DNA from: Gemmatimonadota bacterium
Lineage (GTDB): Bacteria > Gemmatimonadota > Gemmatimonadetes > Gemmatimonadales > GWC2-71-9
Direction: 5' to 3'
NCBI GenBank assembly: GCA_039588295.1
Contig: JBDHAB010000047.1
Span: 1-20,604, forward strand
Length of the DNA: 20,604 nt
In this document: positions 8,284-16,163 of the stretch, in pieces
Layout of the letters: every line of letters begins with the position of its first letter
Numbering within the stretch: position 1 is the stretch's first letter
Position numbers and translations under genes: made by a program
Notes under the pieces: model-generated
The model's input: only the letters and a program-made list of their open reading frames with translations
Told to the model about the DNA's origin: nothing
Database searches by the model: none

Positions 8284-10233
8284 TCACCCTTCCAACCCCA
8301 GAGATCTGGCCTCGATCAGCCGCTGCACCCGCTCGAGAAACTGGTCGATCGGCATCACTTCCTGTTTCTTTGTGGCACCCCGGGCCCGGACGGCGACCGT
8401 CCCCTGCTCGACCTCCCGCTTCCCCACCACCGCCAGCAACGGCACCTTCATGACCTCGCCGTCCCGAACTCGGTAGTTCAAGGTATCGTTGCGATCGTCG
8501 AGGTTCGCACGAATCCCGGCCGCCCGGAATCGATCCCGGAGCCCACGCGCGGCCTCCGCCTGCTCCTCGGTGATCGGCACGAACCGCACCTGTTCGGGCG
8601 ACAGCCACAGGGGAAACGCCCCCGCGAAGTGCTCGATGAGACACCCCACGAATCGCTCGATCGTGCCGAAGATGGCGCGGTGGATCATGACGGGTTGGTG
8701 CGGCTTGTTGTCGGTCCCCGTGTACGCCAACCCGAATCGCTCCGGCATCTGGTAGTCGAGCTGAATCGTGGTGCCCTGCCACTCGCGACCGATGGCGTCG
8801 CGAAGCTTGATGTCGATCTTGGGACCGTAGAACGCCCCACCGCCCGCATCAATGCCATAGGTGAACTTGCGGCGCTCCAGCGCGCCCCGCAGGGCCGCCT
8901 CCGCAATGTCCCAGGCGGCATCGGCGCCGATCTTCTTCCGCGGCCTCGTCGCGAGGTCCATCCGATACTCGAAGCCGAAGGTCTTGTTCAACACGAGGTC
9001 CGTGAGATCCAACATGTCGAAGATCTCGTCCTCGATCTGGTCTTCTCGGCAAAACACGTGTGCGTCGTCCATCGTCAGCCCGCGCACGCGAAGCAGTCCG
9101 TGCAGCGCCCCGGAAAGCTCGTTGCGATACACGTTGGCGACTTCGGCGAGCCGCACCGGCAAATCTCGGTACGAGCGCTGTCGCGCAGCGTAGATCAACG
9201 TGTGCATCGGACAGTTCATCGGCTTGACACGATAGCGCACGTGCTCCGCCTCACCGATCGCGGGTGCCATAGGCGGAAACTGCTGCTCCTCGTACAGCGG
9301 CAGGTGGCCGGACCGCACAAAGAGATCTTCCCGCGTGATGTGCGGGGTGTACACAAACTCGTAGCGGCGCCGCAGCAGCTCGTCCTCGATGAACCGTCGC
9401 AGCTCGAACTGCACCGTTGCCCCACGCGGGTGCCACAGGATCATGCCGGGTCCGACATCATCCTGGATGCTGTAGAGATCGAGTTGCTTCGCGAGCACGC
9501 GGTGATCACGCCGCTCTGCCTCTTCCAGCCGATGCAGGTATTCCTCGAGGCCGTTCTTCTTGAACCACGCGGTTCCGTAAATCCGCTGCAGCATTTGGCG
9601 GGTCGAGTCGCCTCGCCAGTAGGCGCCCGCCGCGTGCAGCAGCTTGAAGTGTTTGAGGCGGCCGGTACTGGGAACGTGCGGCCCCCGACACAGATCGACG
9701 AAGGGTCCGTCGGTGTACACGGAGATCACCTCATCCTCCCCCAACTCCTCGAGCCGCTCGAGCTTGAGGGGGTCGTCGCGAAACCGCTGCCCGGCATCCG
9801 TGCGGTCGACCTCCTCGCGGACGAACGGGTAGTCGGCCTGGGTCACCTCCTGCATCCGGCGTTCGATGGTCTCCAGGTCCTCAGGCGTGAAGGGCCGCGG
9901 CACCTCGAAGTCGTAGTAAAACCCGTCTCGGATGGGCGGGCCAAAGCCGATGTTGGCCTCCGGGAACAGCTCGCGAACGGCCGTTGCCAGTACGTGGGCC
10001 GCAGAATGGCGCAGCACGTCCAGCGCCTCCGGGTCGTCCTCGGTGAGGATCTCCAGCGCGCTGTCCGCCGTCAGCGGACGGTCGAGGTCCCACACGGCCC
10101 CATCCACGCGGGCCGCAACCGCGGCACGCGCGAGCCGGGGCCCGATCGACTCCGCGATCGCTCGGGCGGGGGTCCCGACCGGCTCGGTACGGGTCGAGCC
10201 GTCCGGAAGCGTGAGGGTAATGGTATCAGCCAT
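8284..10233 (-). CDS. thrS: Threonine--tRNA ligase
   Basis: TGS N-terminus (ITLTLPDGS), editing motifs LRHSAAH and DLCRGPH, AGAYWRGD, RDHR, KPMNCP, DDAH, GAFYGPKID, MIHRA, anticodon-binding domain. Confidence 0.99.
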   Translation of the reverse strand: MADTITLTLPDGSTRTEPVGTPARAIAESIGPRLARAAVAARVDGAVWDLDRPLTADSALEILTEDDPEALDVLRHSAAHVLATAVRELFPEANIGFGPPIRDGFYYDFEVPRPFTPEDLETIERRMQEVTQADYPFVREEVDRTDAGQRFRDDPLKLERLEELGEDEVISVYTDGPFVDLCRGPHVPSTGRLKHFKLLHAAGAYWRGDSTRQMLQRIYGTAWFKKNGLEEYLHRLEEAERRDHRVLAKQLDLYSIQDDVGPGMILWHPRGATVQFELRRFIEDELLRRRYEFVYTPHITREDLFVRSGHLPLYEEQQFPPMAPAIGEAEHVRYRVKPMNCPMHTLIYAARQRSYRDLPVRLAEVANVYRNELSGALHGLLRVRGLTMDDAHVFCREDQIEDEIFDMLDLTDLVLNKTFGFEYRMDLATRPRKKIGADAAWDIAEAALRGALERRKFTYGIDAGGGAFYGPKIDIKLRDAIGREWQGTTIQLDYQMPERFGLAYTGTDNKPHQPVMIHRAIFGTIERFVGCLIEHFAGAFPLWLSPEQVRFVPITEEQAEAARGLRDRFRAAGIRANLDDRNDTLNYRVRDGEVMKVPLLAVVGKREVEQGTVAVRARGATKKQEVMPIDQFLERVQRLIEARSLGLEG

Positions 10234-10279
10234 CAAAATCCGTGGTCGTCAATCACGAGGGTCCTCGCCTCAGCAGGTC

Positions 10280-10321
10280 AGTATACCGAACTGTTCCATT
10301 CAAACTTATAATTGTATGCAA
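10280..10321. promoter_or_regulatory. AT-rich divergent promoter region between thrS and the BON/valS run
   Basis: TATAAT on + at 10307-10312; TACAAT (10316-10311) and TATACT (10285-10280) on -; near-palindrome TTGTATGCAA at 10312-10321. Confidence 0.6.
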
Positions 10322-10792
10322 CACGGTCTTGCGGTGCTACGGGGAGGTAGTCTGATTCGCATCTGGAGAAGAGAAGAGAGCGATTGGCTCGGTGTCGCCG
10401 TCTCGACCGCCGTCGGGCTCGGCCTGGGTGTGCTGGCGGGCATGGCGGTCAACGAGTTGGTTGGGGGCCTGAATCCGGCTCGGCTCAAGCGCGTGGTGCA
10501 TCGTGCGCGCCCGGGCAAGGAGGAGGAGCGGTCGCTCGACGCCGCGGCCCTGGAGCACGCCGTGCGCGGCGCGCTGTCCGAGCACCCGACCACGAGGAGC
10601 ATGCGAATCGACGTGCGTGCCCTCGGTGACGGCATCGTCGAACTGACCGGGACGGCCGCGGACGCGGAGGGTCGCGGTCTGGCAGCCGCGGTCGCCCGTG
10701 GGGTTTCGGGAACCCACGTCATCGTGAACCGCCTCCTCGTCGAGGACAGCGACGGCGCCAACGATCGCCGCGCTTCCGCGACCCGGGACTGA
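10316..10792 (+). CDS. BON-domain protein with an N-terminal membrane anchor (start uncertain: ATG 10316 or ATT 10355)
   Basis: Hydrophobic Gly-rich helix WLGVAVSTAVGLGLGVLAGMAV, then BON pattern DAAALEHAVRGAL...IDVRALGDGIVELTGTA...AAAVARGVSGTHVIVNRLLV. Confidence 0.85.
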   Translation: MQHGLAVLRGGSLIRIWRREESDWLGVAVSTAVGLGLGVLAGMAVNELVGGLNPARLKRVVHRARPGKEEERSLDAAALEHAVRGALSEHPTTRSMRIDVRALGDGIVELTGTAADAEGRGLAAAVARGVSGTHVIVNRLLVEDSDGANDRRASATRD

Positions 10793-10856
10793 GGCGCGCC
10801 CTCGCGCGGCGCACCCCTAGCTCTCCCGACCCCAATTCGGCATCCTTTCATCGACA

Positions 10857-13535
10857 ATGCCTGAGACGCAACTCGCGACGACATACGACCCGTCGGTGAT
10901 CGAGACGGCGGTGTATCGTCGGTGGAGCGAGACGGGCGGATTCGCGGCCGCCACCGACTCCGACCGCGACCCGTACGTCATCGTGATCCCGCCGCCGAAC
11001 GTCACATCCGTGCTGCACATGGGGCACGGCCTGAACAACACGATTCAGGACGTGCTGATCCGGTTCGAGCGAATGCGCGGTCGAGAGGCGCTGTGGCTCC
11101 CGGGAACCGACCACGCGGGCATTGCGACACAGAACGTGGTCGAGCGCGCCATCGCCCAGGACGGCCTGCGTCGCCAAGACCTCGGGCGCGAGGCCTTCGT
11201 CGAACGGGTGTGGCAGCACGTCCGGCAGACGGGCGGCACGATTATCGATCAACTCAAGGCGATCGGCTGCTCCTGTGACTGGACGCGAACCCGCTTCACG
11301 CTGGACGAGGCGTATTCGGCGGCCGTGCGGCGCGTCTTCGTTCAGCTCTTTCGCGACGGGCTCTTGTATCGCGGCCATCGCGTCATCCATTGGTGCCCGC
11401 GCTGCCTGACATCGCTCTCGGACGAGGAGGCAGAGTTCCGGGACCGTGACGACTACCTCTACTACATCCGCTACCGGGTGGCCGACCGCGATGAGCCACG
11501 ATGGGTCGTAGTGGCGACGACGCGTCCCGAGACGATGTTCGGCGACGTGTGTCTGGTTCATCACCCCGAAGACGAACGTTTTGCCGGACTCCGGGGCGCG
11601 ACCGTCGAGATTCCGCTGTCCGGCGTCCGCATCCCCATTGACGTGAGCACCGCCGTCGAGCGCGACTTCGGAACTGGGATGCTCAAGGTGACCCCGGCGC
11701 ACGACGCAAACGACTTCGACATCGCGGCGGCGCTGGGCGGCTACGAGGCGCCGGTCACCATGACCGCGGAAGGTCGGATGGCCGACGATCCCCGCGTCCC
11801 AGCCGAGTTGCGCGGCATGGATCGGGACGACACACGGCAACGCATTCTCGAGCTCCTGCGCGAGGAGGAACTCCTCGAGCGTGTCGAGCCCTACCAGCAT
11901 GCGGTGCGTCACTGCTACCGGTGCCACACGATTGTCGAGCCGCGGCTCTCGGATCAGTGGTTTGTGCGGATGCGCCCGCTCGCGCAACCCGCGCTCGAGG
12001 CCTATCGCGCCGGTCGCCTGACGTTCGTGCCCGAACGCTGGGGCAAGGTGTACGAGACCTGGCTCATCGAGATCCGTGACTGGAACATCTCGCGGCAGCT
12101 CTGGTGGGGGCACCGCATCCCCGCGTGGTACTGCGAGGCGGATGGATGCGAGCACATTACGGTGGCCGAGGAGGCGCCGGAGCGTTGTGAGGCGTGCGGC
12201 GGCACGGTGCGGCAAGACGAGGACGTGCTCGACACCTGGTTCTCGTCCTGGCTGTGGCCCTTTGCGACCATGGGCTGGCCCGATAGCGCGCCCGATCTCA
12301 CGCGGTTCTACCCCGGACACACCCTCGTCACGGCACCCGACATCATCTTTTTCTGGGTCGCCCGCATGGTGATGGCCGGCTACCACTTCATGGGCGAGCG
12401 GCCGTTCGAAACCGTGTACATGAACGGGGTCGTGCGCGACCCGCAGCACCGCGCGTTCTCGAAGTCTCTCGGCAACGGCATCGATCCCGTCGACGTCGTC
12501 GACCTATATGGCGCGGATGCACTCCGGTTCACGCTCGTCTCGGGCGCGGCGGCAGGGACCGACGTCATCATGGATCGCAACGACGTGGCAGCGACGTTCG
12601 CCGCGGGACGGAACTTCGCCAACAAACTGTGGAATGCGGGTCGCCTGATCCTGTCCACCGTCACCGAACCGCCGGCGGAAGTCGACCAGCTCGATCCCGC
12701 ACAGTTCGAGTTGGCGGATCGGTGGATGCTCTCCCGCACCCAACGCGCGGTGGCCGAGACGACTGCAGCGTTGGAGCGGTTCCGGCTCAACGACGCCGCG
12801 AGCCTGTTGTATCACTTCCTCTGGGACGAGATCGCGGACTGGTACCTCGAGCAGGTCAAGCCCCGGCTCTACGGATCGACCTCCGGTGGCGACGTGGCGC
12901 GCGGGATCCTCGCCCACGTCTTCGAGACCGCGCTCCGGCTGTTGCACCCGGTCATGCCATTCATCACTGAGGAGCTGTGGAGCCACCTCCCCCGAGGGCA
13001 GGGGCAACTCCTGGCGAGCACGGCGTGGCCGCAGCCACGCCCGTCCTTCGTGGATGGGGATGCGGAGGAACAGTTTGCCCTCGTTCAGGCCTTGGCGGGC
13101 GCGGTGCGCGGCATCAGGGCCGAGTATCGAGTACCACCGTCCACGTCCCTGCGAGCGGTCGTGGCACCGGCGACGGCGGCCGGGCTCCAAGCCTTCAACG
13201 CGGAGCAACGCACGATCGAGCGTCTTGCCAAACTGACCCAGTTGGCGATCGATGACTCCACCGAGGGTGTCGGCGGACACGCCGTGCTTCCCGATGGTTC
13301 CGCGGTGTTCGTTCCGCTCGGCGATGCGATCGACGTGCAGCGCGAATGCGAGCGGCTCGGGGGCGAACTCGAACGCCTCGACGGACAGCTCGCGCGGGTC
13401 ACGGCCAAGTTGGCCAACGAGCAGTTCGTGACGCGTGCCCCAGCCAACATCGTACAGCGCGAACGTGAGAAGGAGCGTTCATGGCGCGAGCAGTGCGAGA
13501 CCCTTTCCGCCAAGCTGCGCGCCTTGGGCTGCTGA
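10857..13535 (+). CDS. valS: Valine--tRNA ligase
   Basis: PPPNVTSVLHMGH (HIGH), GTDHAGIATQ, editing TTRPETMFGD and GTGMLKVTPAHD, DWNISRQLWWGHRIP, DVLDTWFSS, KMSKS-equivalent AFSKSLGN, NFANKLWNA, C-terminal coiled coil. Confidence 0.99.
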   Translation: MPETQLATTYDPSVIETAVYRRWSETGGFAAATDSDRDPYVIVIPPPNVTSVLHMGHGLNNTIQDVLIRFERMRGREALWLPGTDHAGIATQNVVERAIAQDGLRRQDLGREAFVERVWQHVRQTGGTIIDQLKAIGCSCDWTRTRFTLDEAYSAAVRRVFVQLFRDGLLYRGHRVIHWCPRCLTSLSDEEAEFRDRDDYLYYIRYRVADRDEPRWVVVATTRPETMFGDVCLVHHPEDERFAGLRGATVEIPLSGVRIPIDVSTAVERDFGTGMLKVTPAHDANDFDIAAALGGYEAPVTMTAEGRMADDPRVPAELRGMDRDDTRQRILELLREEELLERVEPYQHAVRHCYRCHTIVEPRLSDQWFVRMRPLAQPALEAYRAGRLTFVPERWGKVYETWLIEIRDWNISRQLWWGHRIPAWYCEADGCEHITVAEEAPERCEACGGTVRQDEDVLDTWFSSWLWPFATMGWPDSAPDLTRFYPGHTLVTAPDIIFFWVARMVMAGYHFMGERPFETVYMNGVVRDPQHRAFSKSLGNGIDPVDVVDLYGADALRFTLVSGAAAGTDVIMDRNDVAATFAAGRNFANKLWNAGRLILSTVTEPPAEVDQLDPAQFELADRWMLSRTQRAVAETTAALERFRLNDAASLLYHFLWDEIADWYLEQVKPRLYGSTSGGDVARGILAHVFETALRLLHPVMPFITEELWSHLPRGQGQLLASTAWPQPRPSFVDGDAEEQFALVQALAGAVRGIRAEYRVPPSTSLRAVVAPATAAGLQAFNAEQRTIERLAKLTQLAIDDSTEGVGGHAVLPDGSAVFVPLGDAIDVQRECERLGGELERLDGQLARVTAKLANEQFVTRAPANIVQREREKERSWREQCETLSAKLRALGC

Positions 13536-14686
13536 CGGCGGCGGCCGGGTGCGCCGTCGTCGAGCAGCCCCCCGGTGGCCCGCCAGACTTCGACGCGCCC
13601 ACCATCGTCAGTGTCACGCCCGACTCGGGCGCGATCGTCCCCGAGCTGGACAAGCCGCTCAGGATCCAATTCGACGAGGTGATCGCCGAGCAGGCCGGTG
13701 GTCGACTGGCGCAGCTCATTGAATTCTCACCGCGCGTCGAAGAGCTCGACGTCTCGTGGAAGCGCGACGCGCTCGAGGTTGAACCGAAGGGTGGGTGGAC
13801 CGCCGGCGTCGTTTACCGCGTGGTGCTCCTGCCGGGGATCGCGGACCTGCGCGACAACCGCCTCACCGAAGGACGCACCGTGGTGTTCTCGACGGGAGGT
13901 CCCATCCCCGAAACGAGCCTCACCGGCACGGTCGTGGATTGGCAAGACGGTCGCATTGGCCGCAACGCGCTCGTCGAGGCGGTGCTGTTGCCAGACTCGC
14001 TCGTGTACCTGGCTCAGAGCGATTCCGTCGGCCGGTTCGACCTGACGTCCGTCCCTCGAGGGGAGTATTGGGTCACGGCGACCGTCGACGGCAACAATAA
14101 CCGGCGACGTGAGCCGCGCGAGCCGTTCGATTCGGTGACCGTCGCCCTCGATTCCGCGGCGTCCCACGTGTTCTGGGCCTTCACCCGAGACACGCTGGGA
14201 CCGCAGTTACGTCAGCTGACCCAGGCCGACAGCGTCACGATCCGACTGGAGTTCACGCAGCGGCTCGAGCCTGGCGACCCTGATGCCGCCGGGGTGAGCG
14301 TCTGGGTGCTCCCCGACACCGTCGCCGTGCCGGTCCGAGCGGTCATCACTCAGGCGGTGTTTGATACGCTTCGCGCAGCCCGCCAAGCCGCGGCGCCCGA
14401 TACCAGCGGGGCTGAGACCCCTGACTCGGCGGTCGCGGCCGCGGTAGGTCGGGTTCCCACCGGTGTCGAGGCGCGCGCAGACTCCGCGGCCGCTCAGGAG
14501 ACCTCGGCCGTCGCCGCGCTCCTCGCACAGCGCCCCACCCTCGCATCCGCGTGGTTTGTCGAGCTTGCCGCACCGATGACGCCCGGTCTGCGCTACCTCG
14601 TCGGCGCCCGAGCGCGTAACCTGTCCGGTGCGACCGCCGAATCTCGATCGGTGCTCGTCGTGCCGGCTGCTCGCGACTCCACATGA
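13481..14686 (+). CDS. Lipoprotein with Ig-like (Big_5/SbsA-type) and further beta-sandwich domains
   Basis: Signal-II-like RQAARLGLLTAAAG/C (Cys24), then C-A-x4-PPGGPPD, I-x-FDE, Y-x-V-x-L-x-PGIADLRDN, G-x-F-x-L-x2-VP-x-G-x-Y and a D-x-N-x-N loop; ATGA overlap with selA. Confidence 0.8.
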   Translation: MARAVRDPFRQAARLGLLTAAAGCAVVEQPPGGPPDFDAPTIVSVTPDSGAIVPELDKPLRIQFDEVIAEQAGGRLAQLIEFSPRVEELDVSWKRDALEVEPKGGWTAGVVYRVVLLPGIADLRDNRLTEGRTVVFSTGGPIPETSLTGTVVDWQDGRIGRNALVEAVLLPDSLVYLAQSDSVGRFDLTSVPRGEYWVTATVDGNNNRRREPREPFDSVTVALDSAASHVFWAFTRDTLGPQLRQLTQADSVTIRLEFTQRLEPGDPDAAGVSVWVLPDTVAVPVRAVITQAVFDTLRAARQAAAPDTSGAETPDSAVAAAVGRVPTGVEARADSAAAQETSAVAALLAQRPTLASAWFVELAAPMTPGLRYLVGARARNLSGATAESRSVLVVPAARDST

Positions 14687-16029
14687 ACGACCGCCGCCGC
14701 GCGTTGCCATCGGTGAGCGCCCTGCTCGAAGAGGTCCGGACTGCGGGGGTCGTGCCGGACGCGTCGCGCGCGGACCTCGTCGATGCCATTCGGGCCGCGG
14801 TGGCCGACGCGCGGCAACGGGGGGGCGAGCCTCCGGCAGAAGGATGGCTCGCGGCCGTCACCAGCCGCATCCAGCACGCCACCCGGCCCTCGTTGACACG
14901 GGTCATCAACGCGACCGGGGTCGTGCTCCATACCAATCTGGGACGGGCGCCGCTCGCCACGCGGGCGAGTGCGGCGGTGGCGAACGCACTCTCCTACAGC
15001 ACGCTGGAGTTTCGCCTCGCCGAGGGAACTCGAGGATCCCGCCAGGATCACAGTCGTCGCCTGCTGCAGGACCTCACGGGTGCGGAGGCGGCGCTAGTGG
15101 TCAACAACGCGGCGTCCGCGCTACTCCTCGTGCTCAACGCCCTGGCCGAAGGTGGCGAGACGGTGGTCTCGCGTGGTGAGCTTGTCGAGATCGGGGGCGC
15201 GTTTCGGATCCCGGAGATCCTCACGAAGAGCGGCAGCGCTCTCATCGAGGTCGGCACCACCAACCGAACGCGGATCCGGGACTACGCGCTGGCCATCAGC
15301 CCGCGAACCCGACTGATCCTCAAAGTCCATCGGTCCAACTTTCAGCTCTCCGGCTTTGTCTCCGAGGCGGCGGTGGAGGAGCTGGTCGAACTCGGGCGCG
15401 AGCGTGCGATACCGGTTGTGCACGACGTGGGCAGCGGTCTGCTGCTCTCACTCGAGCACTACGGCCTTCGGGGGGAACCGTTGGTCCGTGACAGCGTCGC
15501 CGCGGGAGCCACCGTCGTGTTTTCGGGTGACAAGCTGTTGGGCGGACCGCAGGCGGGGATCGTGCTGGGACCGGAGTCCGTGCTGCAGCGGGTGACACCG
15601 AGCCCCCTCGCGCGCGCGTTACGTCCCGACAAGGTCACGCTCGCCGCCCTGGAGGCTACACTGGCCCTGTACCGTGACCCCGGACGGGCGCTCGCGGAAA
15701 TCCCCACGCTCGCGATGCTCACGGCGCCGCCCGACGCGCTGAGGCGTCGTGCACGGCGACTGGCGCGCCGCATCCAAGGAGCCACGACCCAACACGGATC
15801 GTCCGCGGTGGGGGGCGGAGCCTTCGCGGAGTGCCCGCTCCCCACCACGCTGGTCGCGCTGGATGTCGGCGACTGCGATGGCTTCCTCGCGGTGCTCCGA
15901 CGGCACGATCCACCCGTGATCGCGCGAACGGCCGAGGGACGCGTGCTGCTCGACGTCCGCACCATTCGAGACGACGAGTTCGGGCTGGTTGTGGACGCCG
16001 TACGAGCGGCCGGGTGGGACGGGACTTGA
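14683..16029 (+). CDS. selA: L-seryl-tRNA(Sec) selenium transferase
   Basis: RALPSV, RVINATGVVLHTNLGRAPL, VVNNAA, VSRGELVEIGGAFRIP, EVGTTNRT, KVHRSNF, PLP-lysine FSGDKLLGGPQAG, LDVRT. Confidence 0.97.
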   Translation: MNDRRRALPSVSALLEEVRTAGVVPDASRADLVDAIRAAVADARQRGGEPPAEGWLAAVTSRIQHATRPSLTRVINATGVVLHTNLGRAPLATRASAAVANALSYSTLEFRLAEGTRGSRQDHSRRLLQDLTGAEAALVVNNAASALLLVLNALAEGGETVVSRGELVEIGGAFRIPEILTKSGSALIEVGTTNRTRIRDYALAISPRTRLILKVHRSNFQLSGFVSEAAVEELVELGRERAIPVVHDVGSGLLLSLEHYGLRGEPLVRDSVAAGATVVFSGDKLLGGPQAGIVLGPESVLQRVTPSPLARALRPDKVTLAALEATLALYRDPGRALAEIPTLAMLTAPPDALRRRARRLARRIQGATTQHGSSAVGGGAFAECPLPTTLVALDVGDCDGFLAVLRRHDPPVIARTAEGRVLLDVRTIRDDEFGLVVDAVRAAGWDGT

Positions 16030-16063
16030 CGCCCGTTGCTTCCACCCGTCCGGCACGCGTCGG

Positions 16064-16072
16064 TGGTATACT
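16064..16072 (+). promoter_or_regulatory. Extended -10 promoter (TG-n-TATACT) upstream of purN-purH
   Basis: TGGTATACT in the selA-purN spacer. Confidence 0.55.
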
Positions 16073-16079
16073 CCTGTCA

Positions 16080-16163
16080 ATGGTCTCAGCGTGCCGAGTG
16101 GACGTGACCCTTCTGGAACGCCTCGTGGCACCTCTGTCGCCGTCGCACGAGCACCAGCGATGA
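16080..16163 (+). CDS. Putative leaderless 27-aa uORF (MVSACRVDVTLLERLVAPLSPSHEHQR)
   Basis: ATG lies 7 nt after the extended -10; TGA overlaps the purN start (ATGATG). Confidence 0.3.
   Translation: MVSACRVDVTLLERLVAPLSPSHEHQR

Noticed and set aside
10234..10280. T-box or tRNA-mimic operator upstream of thrS
   Set aside because: Leader is too short and has no T-box consensus; only weak 4-bp stems.
10793..10812. GC hairpin after the BON gene as an intrinsic terminator
   Set aside because: 5-bp stem with no U tract.
8629..12449. Long antisense ORFs over thrS (8629..10311 +) and valS (10848..12449 -)
   Set aside because: Expected codon-bias shadows of long GC-rich genes; no independent motifs or RBS.
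13527..13558. valS ends Gly-Cys-TGA followed by a 7-bp stem (GACGGCG/CGCCGTC), suggesting Sec readthrough with a SECIS
   Set aside because: ValRS is already full length, the readthrough frame looks non-coding, and the stem lies in GC-rich lipobox codons of the next gene.
16030..16159. tRNA-Sec (selC) or a ZTP riboswitch after selA
   Set aside because: No TCA anticodon arm, T-loop or acceptor stem, and no ZTP consensus elements.
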